From: Azolla caroliniana
Taxonomy: Eukaryota > Plantae > Polypodiophyta
Assembly (NCBI GenBank): GCA_043228905.1
Contig: JBHGNT010000012.1
Span: 12,400,001-12,464,000 of the forward strand
Direction: 5' to 3'
Length of the DNA: 64,000 bases
The notes under the pieces were generated by a model. The model searched no databases and was not told where the DNA came from. It worked only from the letters and a program-made list of their open reading frames with translations. The position numbers were made by a program, and so were the translations under genes. Below, piece by piece: positions 36,553 to 49,489 of this stretch (positions are counted from its first letter, which is position 1; every line of letters starts with the position of its first letter).

Positions 36553-39500
36553 ATGGAGAATCAACAAGCTAACAATATGATGGTGATGTTCGAGCGATGC
36601 TACAAGAACAACGCGCGATGTCAGAGATTTCGGCAGCAGTAGAGCGGCTTGTGCAACGCAACGGGCAATTCAAGGCAGAGATGCTCTGGTGCCGGATTTT
36701 GGAAGGACTGCAAGTGACATCCTTCAACCGGGTGGCGACCGACGAGCTTCAAGGGAGTATCCACGGGTTACAACAGCAAAATCCGACGTGGGAAGCATTT
36801 GAAGAAGCGTTAAAGACCACGTTCGCCATCGAGGACTCCTCCAAGGCAACACGGAGGGGATTCGAAGATTGGGTCGAAATGCCAGGTAAGGGGTTGAAGG
36901 TCCTTGTAGTGTTCTCGTCATTCGAAAGTTGGTTCAGGGGGTTGTCCGCGAGAGATCAAACTATTCTTGCACCGGACAAAGTCATCATGTTTTTGCGAGT
37001 TGTGGATGTCTGGGACCGGAAAGATCTCGGAGTGCTTCTAGAGGACACGACCACCGAAAGCGGCCTCACCGAAACGTGGGAAAGCGTGCGGGATATCGTC
37101 CCGCGATACACGAAGGGGGGGCAGTGGCTTGCTAACGAAGAGAAGAGGGTTTCGAAACCGATTCCGAAACCGAGATCCGGATTGGAGGACCATCAACTGC
37201 GGGCTCGAGAGACTACGACCGAGAAGGGGATTGACGCAACCACGGTGGAGCAGTTGCTGAAAGATATGGAGAATCTAAAAATCGCGATGGTGAATAAGTC
37301 GGGAGACCGACCCACAAACTCCAAGTATATGGACCGTCGATGTATATGGTGTGATAGCACCGAACACGATCGGAGGGATTGCGACGAGCACAAGGAGGCG
37401 TTACGACGGGATCTTATCTACTACGAGGGAAATCAGATTCATTCGATGGACTCTCGGAAGCCACTCCGACCGAACTTCCGGAAAGGCGGCATGAAGAAGG
37501 TTCTAGAGGAGGAAATAGCGGCAAAAGGTAATTATGCGACAACCACGGGAATAAGTGTGGGTGAGTCGTCGGGAGCAAAGGCGTCTTTTTGGCCGGATAT
37601 GCTAGAAAACCCCGAGAAAACCGACTCCAATGAGATCCGAAGCACCGCGGAAGGCATCCGTGAAGCTATAGGATGGGAGTGCCCCGTGGATAAGAATAGC
37701 GTGTTTGCTTTATGCCAATTGCATGAAGTGTATGTAGATGAGAAGCAATGGCGCACGGATGAGGCAGCCGGTCCATCAAAGACACCGGAAAGTTGGAACT
37801 CTGGAGGTAAGGGAAAAGAAAAGATGATTCCGGCATTCAAGCTCGCCTCGGACATCGAACAACAAACGGACTTGAAAAAGGTGTTCGAGGAAAGAATCCT
37901 GCATAGCCGGGTAGATTTTTCGCTTCGAGAATTACTCGGAATAGCAAAGAAGGAGTTTCACAATCTTCTTGTGGATCACCTGAAGAGAAAAAGGAAAAGT
38001 ATGGAGGAGAATGCTCCAAGGGTGAATGCAAATACCGTTCTAATGAATGACACCGAATTGGAGGACGAAATACCGAATTCTCACTACACAAAGCCACACT
38101 GGGCACACGCAACTACGGAGACTCCGGTCCGAATCGGTAACATCAAAGAGCCCGTGCTAGTATTAATTGATCACGGATCGGAGATCAACTTGATGTCCAA
38201 GGAGTTCTACCGGAAGGGTAAGTGGCCTATTAACACGAATCATGGGTGGAAGATCCGAGCAGCCACTAAAGCAACGGAAAAACTATTTGCGGCTTGTCCG
38301 GATGTGATGGTGAAGATCGGGGGTGTGGAGATAGACCAAAATTTCTTCGTGCAAGATGAGGTCTCACACTCCGTGATCCTCGGGCAACCCTTTATCACGG
38401 CTTGACGGATGGAGACAAAGATGCTCGATAGCGGTGCGGCTTTTGCACGAATTCGGAGCCAAAATGGAGGGAAATCCGTCCAATTCCTAACTATGCCGGC
38501 AAATCGTGAAAGGAGCAAGAGGGAGCTCTTGTCCCAAACTAAGATCGATTTTTAGATCAGATTGTTGCAGAGTGGGGAAGTGATAGTCCGAGAAGCCCTG
38601 ATACCCCACACAGGAAGAAGACTCTCGGAGCAAAACAAGTACGAATCGGTCCGGATGGGGCATCAACGTACGCAGCCGTAGCCGGAGGAATGAAGAAAGA
38701 ATACCAAAAGGTAGAGAGTAAGTTACGGTCGGCATCAATAATAAAAGAAGATGAAGAAATCGTGGGGATAGTCGAAGAAGTGTTCTATGGAAGCATGCTA
38801 CAACGGCTTGAAGAGCTTGTGGAGGGTAAAAACCAAGAAGACCAGGTAGTCCCGGTGGAATCGGTCGAGATGTACGAGATCATTGCGAAAATGGGGCCAG
38901 ATGCGTTCCGCAAAGAAGAAGTAATGGTAAGTACGAAATACAAGACCGTGGAGAAGAAAGTGAAACCGGTCGCAGGACCGGTACCCGCCGATAGCGAACA
39001 AAAGAGGAAAGAAGTCTCGGGAGATCCAACAATTCGAAAGTCTGTAGATATCGGACATGCCTTCTCGGATGAGACCCGGAAGAAACTTCGGATCGGTGGA
39101 GGTGGTTTCCTCTCACAAAAAGAAGAAGAACGGTTTCGTGAGATGCTGGAACAACATGGAAAAGCATTTGCTTTCACATCGAAGGAGATAGGGTGCGTTG
39201 ATCCGAAGATAGTGGAGCCGATAGTGATCTTCACGATTGACCATGTGTCGTGGAGCCTGAAGCCGATTCCGGTGCCGCAGGCGCATATTCCGAAAGTCAT
39301 CGACTTGCTCAAGGACAAGGTGGCGATGGGGATTATAGAGCCATCAAACGCTCCGTACTCAAATCGATGGTTTACGGTTCCGAAGAAGAATGGGTCACTC
39401 CGATTTATCCAAGACTTGCAACCGGTGAACAAGGTCACGATCCGGAATTCCGGAGTCGGTCCGATAGTGGACAAATTTGCAAAAGCATTTGCCGGTCACG

Positions 39501-41300
39501 TGATATACTCTATCGGAGACCTATACTCCGGATATGACCAATTCCAACTAGTCGTGGAGACCTAAGACATCACTACCATGCAGACACCGATAGGTTTAGT
39601 CCGGATGTGTACGCTACCACAAGGCGCGACGAACTCAGTCGCACATATGATGAATGCGATGAACAAGGTGCTTCGGGATTGCATACCGGAGATAACGATG
39701 CCGTTCCTAGATGACATTCCGATGAAAGGGTGTGTGGTGGAAGAAAAAGATGAAGCTATGGATGAATGGGGATGCTAAAGGATCATAGTCAACCATATCC
39801 ATGATTGTGAGAAAGTGTTACGGAAGTTAGAAGATGTGCATCTAACACTTTCCGGAGAGAAATCGGTATTCGGACAAGAAGAAATATTGGTAGTCGGACA
39901 TCTCTGTGGGCCCTATGGCCAAAGACCGTCACCAACCAAGATTGATGCGATTCAAGCTATGAAAGAAGTATGCGAGTCACAATCCGAAGTCCGAAGTTTT
40001 CTTGGAGCATGTGCATTCTATCACATATGGATTCTACACTACGTACATATTGCGGACCCGCTCTATCACTTGTTGTGGAAGGGGAAGAAGTTCGAATGGA
40101 AACCAGAACACACCGAAGCCATGAGGAAGCTCAAGAAAACACTGCGGAGGGTTGAAGCTCTAAAGAACCTGAACTATGACCGACCGGTTATGGTAACGGT
40201 TGATACAATCCCAACCGGAATCGGATGGGTCATCAATCAACTCGACTCGGATGGTTCGTGATATCCGATCCGATTCGGAGCAAAGGTTCTCAACGAAAGG
40301 CAACGCGGGTATGCGCAAGTCAAAAGAGAATTATGGGGAGTCGTGTCGGCAATCAAATCGGATCGAGATTATTTTATCGGAGCTGAAGTAGTGATCGAAA
40401 CGGATTGTCTTCCGATACTCGGGATGATGCGGTGTTGTAGTATACCGGATGTGGCTATGCTAAGGTGGATTGCATATGTTAAGTCACTTAATCCGGAGGT
40501 AAGACACATCTCCGGAAAAGACAACGCTGTAGCGGATATGCTATCAAGGGCGCGGTTAGGAGATGACATAACCGAATCCGATAATGAAGAAGTTTCTGAA
40601 GACTACTTTGCTTCAGAGCACATATGCCGGGTGGACGTAATCCAAGAATTCCGGGAAGAAGAATACGAGGGAGAAAGCTTGTTGATCGGGAAAATGCTAC
40701 GAGAAATCGAGGAATCATCAGACAATAAAGAGAAGAGAGCCGAGATCCGAAGTAAGAAACGGCAAGTCCGAAAGTTCTTCTTGAAAACTGGATTTTTATG
40801 GAGGGAGCCGAAAAGACCGGGTGGCATACCACTTCGAGTAGTCGGGACAAAAGAGCAACGAAACCAGGTAATGTTCGAATTTCACGAATCTGATTGGGCT
40901 GGACATCGGGGAACATGGGAAACATTTGGGAAGATCAAGCAAAGATATTGGTGGAAGAATATGTACAAAGATGTCGCGGAGTTCACGGAAAGCTACGAGC
41001 AGTGTCAAATCTACTCTGGAGTTCGACACCGAGATGAGTTACATCCGACATTCTCACCGACGATCTACTTCAAATGGATGGTCGACATTGTAGCCATGCC
41101 AACCGGGATTGGACAAAAGAAGTACTTGGTGTTAGCTCGGCAAGATCTCACAAATCAAGTAGAAGGTCGGGCGCTACGAAGAAAAACTTGTTCTGCGGTA
41201 TGTCAATTTCTTTTGGAGGAAGTGTTTTGTAGGTACGGGTGCGTAGGACAAGTGATTGCGGATCGGGGAGAACTTGACTCTGATAAAGCTAGGGGATTCT
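36553..41300 (+). pseudogene. gag-pol: Gag-protease and RT-RH-integrase of G
   Basis: CIWCDSTEHDRRDC knuckle; protease LIDHGSEINLM; RT FIQDLQPVN...DLYSGYDQF...LPQGATNS...FLDDI; integrase zinc finger H..WAGHRG and ADRGEL. Confidence 0.88.
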
Positions 41301-43665
41301 TGACGGGAACTCAAGGCTCCTTATACGCAACGTTTGGCCACAACCAAGCTTAGAATCATACACAGAAAACGAGAAATAAAGCATGACACGAAGAAGAGAA
41401 GAGTACGCAGGATGTTTACGTGGAAAACCCAAACTAAGGGAAAAACCACAGCAGCACACAGGCTGCAAACTATCACTATGTTAGAATGTACAACAGTGAG
41501 TTCACGGAGGCAATGACCTCCTACTCACGATCCTCGCCACAGGCGGCGGTTACAACAGAGGCAACGACCTCTTTCTCTCTCTCTCTCTCTCTCTGTACAC
41601 AGTTACGCGCTCTCTCTTTTCTTGCACCAACAAGAATGACAACAACAACAGTCTAAAAGTTTTCCCCAAGTCATATTTATACTAGTATGACTTTTCGGCT
41701 ATTTACAAATATAGCCTCAATGGACTCTCAGAAACATATTTACGAATATGTCTCTTCCTCCGGTGAGCATTCCTCACCGGGTCTGCACCATCCGGCTCTC
41801 CGTAGCCGAGTACTCCTCATCCGGTTCTCACCGGGTCTGTTCTTCTCTCTTCCATCCGGAGGGACCTGTCTCCCAACAAACTCCCCCTTCACTCCGGCAT
41901 GGGGTGTCTTATTAGTCCGATCCGCTTCCAGCATGCATCCAGCTTGTCGGGTATCAACACTTTGGTCAGCATATTTGACCCGTTCTCGGCCATGTGGATC
42001 TTCGTCAGCGCGAACTCCTGGTCATCTACTCTTTCCCGGATCCAGTGATACCTTCGCTGGATATGCTTCGTCCGGGAATGGTAGGCCGCATTCTTAGCAA
42101 GGTGGATGGCACTTTGACTGTCGCAATAGAGTCGGTATTCATCTTGCCGAATACCAAGCTCTCTGATGAAGTCCTTCATCCATAATATTTCCTTGTCGGC
42201 TTCCACAGCCGCCATACTCTGCCTCCGTGGTTGACAATGCAACCAGCTTCTACAGCCTCGACTGCCATGAAACAACTCCCCCTGCATATGTCATTACATA
42301 CCCGGATGTAGACCGGCTGGTATCCACATCAGCCGACATGTCCGAATCGGTGAAACCGTCAAGTTGAGGTTTTCTGGAGCCGAATCGGAGACACATATTT
42401 GAAGTGCCCTTCAAATACCGGAGTATCCATTTGACCGCGTTCCAGTGCTCTTTGTCGGGATTGCTCATAAACTGGCTCACCACTCCGACTGCATATCCTA
42501 TATCCGGTCGGGTACACACCATTGCGTACATCAAGCTCCCGACGGCAGAGGCATATGGAATCTTCATCATATCTGCCTTCTCTGCTTTCGACTTCGGGCT
42601 TTGCTTACCAGATAGCCTGCAGTTTGCCGGAAGTGTCGATCCGACCGGTTCTGCATCTGACATGTTGAACCGCTGAAGCACCTTTGTCACGTACTTCTCC
42701 TGTGACAGCCACAATTGCTTCATTGACCGCTTCCGAATAATATGTATCCCCAGCATCTGTCTTGCCGGACCCAAGTCTTTCATTGAGAAGGTCCGGTTGA
42801 GAGCCTTCTTCAGCATCCGTATTTTGGCTTGGTCCCGTCCGATGATCAACATGTCGTCCACGTACAGAAGGAGTATCAGGAAGTCGCCTCCTTCGAACTT
42901 CTTCACAAACACGCAGTGATCGGCCTGCGTCTTGTGGTACCCTTGATCGGTCATGAAGGAATCGAACTTCCGGTACCATTGTCGGGGAGCCTGCTTTAGT
43001 CCGTACAGGCTCTTCTTAAGCCGACATACTAGGTGCTCCTTCCCTTTCTCCACAAATCCCTCCGGTTGCTGCATGTGGATCTCCTCATCGAGGTCGCCGT
43101 GAAGGAATGTCATCTTCACGTCCAGTTGTTCTACCTCGAGGTCCATGCTTGCCGCTATACTCAGCACCGTTTGGATGGAGGTCATCTTTACTACTGGGGC
43201 AAATATCTCGTCGAAGTCCACACCCTTCTTCTACTGGAACCCCTTCACCACGATCCTAGCTTTGTATCTTGGGGGGTTGTCGGCATCTCCCGGTTTCAAC
43301 TTGTACACCCACTTGTTTCGGAGTGCCCGCTTTCCTTTCAGCAACTCCACCAATTCGTACGTATGGTTCTTATGCAGGGAATCCATCTCATCCTGCATGG
43401 CACTTAACCATTTGCGGTTGTGGGCGTCATCCATTGCTTCTTCGAAGCTTTCCCGCTCCCCCTCATCGGTCAGCAGAACATGCTCTGCATCCGGAAATCT
43501 CCGGGGGGCCTTCTCTCTCTGAGAGGATATCTCCGGCTTCGGGCTTCGGTAACCGGCTCCTCCATTTTGTCTTCATCCGAATCCGATTCGGGGTCTTGGC
43601 CGGTTCCGGATTCGGCTTCCTCTACTTCTTCTTCAGCCTGTTCGGTATCCTCACCGTATCCGGCT
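41301..43665 (-). mobile_element. Element H: 3' half of a Tork-like Copia (RT, RNase H, 3' LTR)
   Basis: LTR ~41301-41878 with adjacent PPT; RT DFDEIFAPVVKMTSI...LLYVDDM; closely similar to B, D and E. Confidence 0.9.
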
Positions 43666-45850
43666 CTATTGGTGGCCAAGGGCTACATGCAGCAACATGG
43701 CATCGATTACGATGAGACGTTCACGAAGATGACGATCGTTCGTGTCTTACTTGAGGTGGCAGCGGCGAAGGGGTGTCATCTACATCGAATGGATGTAGAG
43801 AACATGTTCCTACAAGGAGACCTTGTGGAACATGTATAGATGGTTCAACCCCTCAGATTTCAGTCCAGAATGAACACGTCGGTTGTTTGCCGACTGAAGA
43901 AGTCCCTATACGGACTCAAATTGGTCCCATAAGCATGGAATGCAAAATTCACGCAGAGACTGCATCAAATGGGGTTTGCCTCGTCCAAATCAAACTCTTC
44001 ACTCTTCATCCAGTAGGGTCGGAACAGGCCGATGACCATTTTGCTCTATGTGGATGATCTTGTCATCGCCACAGCCGACTCGGAAGAAATCAACTGAGTC
44101 ATGTCCAAACTCATGGGATCGTTAGAAATGAAGGATCTCGGGGACCTCATGACTTCCTGGGGATCGAAGTGATCCGCACCCCAGAAGACATTTTGATCAG
44201 TCAACGCCATTATGTGTTCAGTATACGCTTCAAATACAGTATGAGGGAATGCAAATCCGTCTCGACTCCTCTCGACAAGAATGTGAAGCTTCGCCCTAAT
44301 TCCGGAACGACATGCGATCCGAAACGGTTTCGACAAATAGTTGGAAGCCTTATCTATTTGACCATCACCCCACCAGACCTCAACTATCCGATTGTCCTGA
44401 TTAGTCAATTCATGATGCATCCGACCGTGGATCACCTTCAGTGCGCCCAACGAATACTCCAGTATGTCAGTGGCACCAAGGACCGGGGGTTGGTTTATTG
44501 GGCTGACATATCGAACAACTTGTTGGCTATATGGATGTCCATTGGGTTGGAAACATCAACGACAATAGGTCTACATCTGATTAGGCGTTTTCACTTGGAA
44601 GTGTCCCGATCACCTTGAGCAGCAAAAAGAAACTAACAGTAGCACTGTCGAGCTTTGAGGCCAAGTATAGAGGGCTAGTTGTCCCGACATACGAGGCCAT
44701 TTGGCTCAAACGGTTATTGAAGGATGTATAGGTGGAGGTGTCTGATCCGATGACAATCTATTGCGACAACCTCAGCAACATCCAACTGGCGAAGAACCCC
44801 ATCTTCAATGCCAAGACAAAACACATTGAGGTGCATTACCATTTTTTCCAAGAACGAGTTCTCTCCGATGAAGTCGAACTAGTGTATGTTACCGACATCT
44901 TCACCAAACCTCTCGGCCTAGACAAGTTGCGGCCATTTTCGGGGGTGTTTGGTCTCCAGCACCTCGATATGCCGAACTTGAGGGGGAGAGATAAAGCCGA
45001 AAAGGAGGATGACAAAGGAGGAGACAGATGATGATGTCCAAAAAGCCGAATCGGATGACGAATTCGATCTCGGAACGATCGAAGAAGTCGGAATGTTCCG
45101 ATTGGTTGAAAGAGCCAAGGACAAATGAACTTGTGCAAGAAGATCAAAAAAGTGGAGATTAGTCAGACAAATGCTGGAACCGGAGCCAACTGAGCCAAGG
45201 GACGGAAAAGCCGAGAAGGGCAAGAGAGGCGGTAAAGTAAAATAAGACACATCCGATTAGGCGAATCCCAAGACTAGAACGTGGGCAGATGTGGTCAAGG
45301 GTAGAAAAGAGGACGAATCGGAGACAACCGATTCGGTCAAGAGTCGAAGTATATCGGAAGCAACCGATTCAATCAAAATGTTTGATTTGGAGGAGCTGAA
45401 TCAATTGGACAAGCAGACAAGGAGGCGGCCAAAGCCGACACCGACACGGAGGAGTCGGATCAGTATCCGGAACCAGGAGCCGGATCGGAGAGCCGGATCG
45501 TAATTCGGAATGGATTGTAACCGGTAGCCCGTTAGAGGTGTAGGACCCTGGTCTAGTACGTAGGCATACTTTTGGGAGTCAATGTTTGATGCTCTGTATG
45601 AGCATTAAAGTACTTGTCAGTACTCTAGTTAGTCCTTCACAGACTTGTATAATAGTGTTGTGAAGCACCGTTGTATGTACACAGAGCAACACAGAGTCTT
45701 TGAGTATTTTTGAAATTGAGTTTACTAGTCTTCTCTAACTTTGTCTCTCCCCATACTGCATTGAAGCTTTCCATTAAACCTTGACTTCTGTGTTTTGTTG
45801 TTATCCGGTTGAGCCTCTTGTGTCGTAGCTTCCGCACACTAACTCTTATA
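43666..45850 (+). mobile_element. Element I: 3' half of a degenerate A-family Copia
   Basis: LVAKGYMQQHGIDYDETF; KTKHIEVHYHF; LRGR followed by an acidic tail; LTR-like 3' end ~45520-45850 resembling the A and F LTRs. Confidence 0.85.
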
Positions 45851-45854
45851 ATAA

Positions 45855-46480
45855 TGTTGTTGTCTCCTTGGTCATGCTGAAATAGACGTTCTTAGCGAAA
45901 TGCATTCGAATGGTCCATCTGGCTATTTTGTCCATAGATCGCCATTCTTCTGTAGACATTGAAGCTGGTTTGGTAGTGTGCCCTATAGCTTCAACTTGTC
46001 ATCGAATGATGAGTATATCCTGCATCATTTCCTTTCAGAGGGCGAAGTTCTTCCCATTGAACTTCCGGATTTCCACACTCGTGTCAGACTGTGTCGCCAT
46101 TCTTTTACTTGAAGTAGATGTTGTTGAGTTTGTCTTTTCTTTCAGCCAGGTAGCTTCTCTTCTCAGTCTTTTTTGCTTTTCATTGCTGCTAGACAACAAG
46201 GTCTCTCTAATACGACTTGATGAAAGTATATGAATAGATATGTGTAAGAATGTGTACTATAAGGACCTTCAAGAGATGTATAGCAAACAACACAGATATG
46301 AAACAAGAAGAGAGACAGAAGATGGGCACGGTTTTAGAGCTTCAATGGAAGTTCTTATATGAAACAAGAAGAGAGACAAAAGATGGGCACGGTTTTAGAG
46401 CTTCAAGGGAAGTTCTTATTCTCTCGCTCTTTATAACTCTACTTGATGGGTTTTTTTTTCATAATTACACCTAATTTACA
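45855..46480 (-). mobile_element. Element J: Copia 5' fragment (partial LTR, decayed PBS, gag N-terminus)
   Basis: Manual translation MATQSDTSVEIRKFNGKNFAL*KEMMQDILII. AAGTCGTATTAGAG resembles an iMet PBS at ~46204-46218. A 61-bp tandem duplication lies at 46296-46417. Confidence 0.65.
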
Positions 46481-46482
46481 AG

Positions 46483-48028
46483 TTAGGATAAATGGGATTC
46501 CTCCCGGAATTGTGGCGGTATGTGGTTGGCATCCACCATGTCACCTACATTTGTCGATCTGTGGTGTTCTTGGTTGTCGCCTTGGAATGGGTTCATGGGT
46601 GTAGGCCCGAGATAGGGTTTTAGTCGGAAACCGTTGACCCATTTTGGTATTATGTCACCGGCTAAGGTACCAATCTGGTACGTCTCGTTAAACTCGTCCA
46701 CAATCCAATAGGTTCCCGTCCATCACAACCATAGTTTCTCTGGCATTTCTCTGAAAGACCAATACTGCTTTGCTTATGCCGAATGATTGTTCATTACCTT
46801 TTCGGTGCGGATTGACGTAATGATTTGCATCTACGTTGATCTTGTTCGCTCTTGCATAGGCTCGTGATGTGTGCTTCGCCAAGCTCGAGCAGTTGCTCTA
46901 GCCACTGTTGTTCGGACTCAGTCTTCGATAATTGCTCAGTTTTCTGAACTCACAAACTCGGCACTTGAAATTCAACTTACATGATTTCCTCCAATCTAAA
47001 TGCCAATTGAAACGGGGTCGATTTTTTGCTTGTTTTGTAGGTTGTGTGATATGCTCAAAGAGCACTCTTCAATTTCTAATCCAATTCCGTTCGATTTTCG
47101 TTCACAATCTTCTTCAAGATGTTTTGCAGTGTCTTGTTAGTCGATTCATCTACATCATTTGCATGTGGGTAGTAAGACGTACTCTTCTTATGAACCATGA
47201 CGTAGTGACTCGTGAGGTTATATACCAATCTGTTGATAAAGTCGCTCCCCTGGTCACGTATCAATTCGAGCAAGCACCCGTACCTAAACCAAATATTCTC
47301 GTAGAAGAATATTGTCTTGGCCATGTTTTCTCAGAGTGCCTTCGCTTCCACCCACTTGGTGCAGTAATCGGTCGCGACAATGATCTAGCGATTCTCCGTT
47401 CGTGTTGCTCCTGGTTTGAATGGTCCCACAAAATCGATACCCCACTTCTGAAAAGGTTCGAGTGGTAGGATGGGCTGGTGAGCCATTCGTGCTTGTTCCA
47501 TCGGTTGTCCCATTCGTTAGCATAAGTCACATCGGCGATGGAACTTTACCGTGTCCTTTTGCATTGTCAGCCACCAAAGGCCATGCCTCTCCCGCATAAT
47601 GCCCACCTGTGATGCCATATGCCATCTGCGCGCTTATGGTACAATGTGTGATGGAGTAAGCAAAATTTTTGTCTTTGGATTGCCAAGCACGTCTTCTCAT
47701 CAGGTGTCATGTTGACAAGTGGTAGGCCCGAAGAGAGGAAGCATATCATATTGTGCATCCATTTGTATTCGGCGTTCAGGAGCTGATTACCAAAATTGGC
47801 TAAGTCAATTCAGAAAATCTTTCCATCTGGGAAATCGTCTTGTACGCTCGCTGCTAGCTCCCTTGATTTGAGTCGACTCAAGTAGTCGGCGATCTCGTGC
47901 TATTCTCCTGGCTTGGCTCCCCTTACTTGAGTCGACTCAAGTAGTCGGCGACCCCATGCTATTCTCCTAGCATGTGATGGATATCAAAATCAAATTCCTG
48001 TAGAAGTAACATCCATCGAGCCAAGTAT
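46483..48028 (-). pseudogene. pol: Degenerate integrase/RNase H of a K-family Gypsy
   Basis: KWVNGFRLKPY, IWFRYGCLLELIRDQG and NKTLQNILKKIVNENRT align to K pol. Confidence 0.85.
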
Positions 48029-48203
48029 TTATACAAGAATGTGGAGGTATGCATGTAAGCTAGGAAACTTATAGAGAGTACATGAAGATGCTTTCTGCAG
48101 AAGTTTCTTTAAAGTTCTAGTGATTAAACTACATTGTAATAAGTTGAATCTTATACAATAATGCATAGATAGATGTAGTTCAATTGGTAAGGTTCCTACT
48201 ACA

Positions 48204-49005
48204 TTCCTGATAAATTCCTTGACAAATTTCCAAGGTTGGAGCCACCAAAACCCCCAAGGTAGCAACTCCAGTGTTTTCGTGACCCCAAAGTGGCCAGCAA
48301 AAGGATCATCATGATAATTTTGAGGTACTCGTGTGCGACACGATCCTTCTGGAACATATAGGAGGTGATTACGATAGAGTAACCCATCCTGGGTTGTAAA
48401 TTGGTTAAGATATGAGTTTTTCATGTCTAGGATGAGGCATTGAGGCGGGCCATGATTTCCGTGGTGAATGGGTTTGACATGGTTACCTTGGCGATCTCGT
48501 TGAGCAAAGAATCCTCATGCAACATGCGGGTTGCGAACATCTGAAGTTGATCGGGCCTCAACAAACAATGGGATTGTTGCGAATATGCATCATCCCTTGG
48601 GCGCAATGCAAAATCAAGTTGCTGAGAGAGAGCATCAGCTTTCCCATGTTGAATGTTGGGTCGAAACAAGATCTCGAAGTCGTAGTCATCAAGAAAAGAC
48701 GACCATCGGGCATGCCTCTGATTCAATGTACAACTTAGATTCTTATGGTCGGTCAGCACTTGGATATAATGTTGGTCCCCAGCCAAATACGGCCGCCATT
48801 CGGCGAAGTCATAGATGATAGTTGCAAGCTCCTTGTCATAGGTTTGATAATGGATTTCCTGAGTTGTAGAAGGCAATAGGATGTAGGGTACCATCATCGT
48901 CTGGTTGGGACAGGCAATTCCCATGGCAAAGTCGGAGGCGTCGATTTCTGTTGTATGCCTGGCCGGACTAGCTTCAACACAGGTGTCTATCTGACACTTC
49001 TCCAA
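48204..49005 (-). pseudogene. pol: RNase H / integrase zinc-finger remnant of a Tcn1-like chromovirus
   Basis: EIDASDFAMG, YDKELATI..FAEWRPYLAG, VLTDHKNL, GKADALS, HDDPFAGHFGVTKTLELL. Confidence 0.7.
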
Positions 49006-49489
49006 AGGGGTGGTAAGGATTGGATGCTAGGTTACACGCATAAGATGATTACACTAAGCACAGATGGTAAAATAATACAAAGACAAAGATAAACACGCAA
49101 TAAGTATAATTGTATTTCTTCCGTAAAGCATTTACAAATCATCGGATCCTTTTATAGGCATCCGGCAAGGTTACAATCGGTGCGCTTAGGCAACCGGCAT
49201 CCGAATCGGTCCGGATCCGGATCGGTACAACTGTACCGGATCCGTCCCTCCGAATAATAAATATACTATTATTTACTTCCTATTATCCGATCCGACTCCG
49301 CCTTCCCACTTGTCCTTGCTCTTCTGACCGGCCAACACATGGCACGCCCGTGGGAAAGTGCCTTGCACTTCGAACCCACTCCCGGCCTCAGTCTTCCTCC
49401 AAAATATCGAGCAAACTCCGCTCGAAGGTGTCAAGTGGTGCCTCTTCCTCCAATTCCTGTTCCTTGCCTGCCTAGTCTCCGACCTTCGG

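Larger units (their letters stand above)
35717..41300 (+). mobile_element. Element G: tRNA-Trp-primed Ty3/Gypsy (non-chromovirus, possibly Phygy/Selgy-like), 3'-truncated within integrase
   Basis: 5' LTR 35717-36514 is homologous to the L LTR. PBS TGGTGAACTCGACGTGAA at 36519-36536. Domain order gag, PR, RT, RH, INT. Confidence 0.88.
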
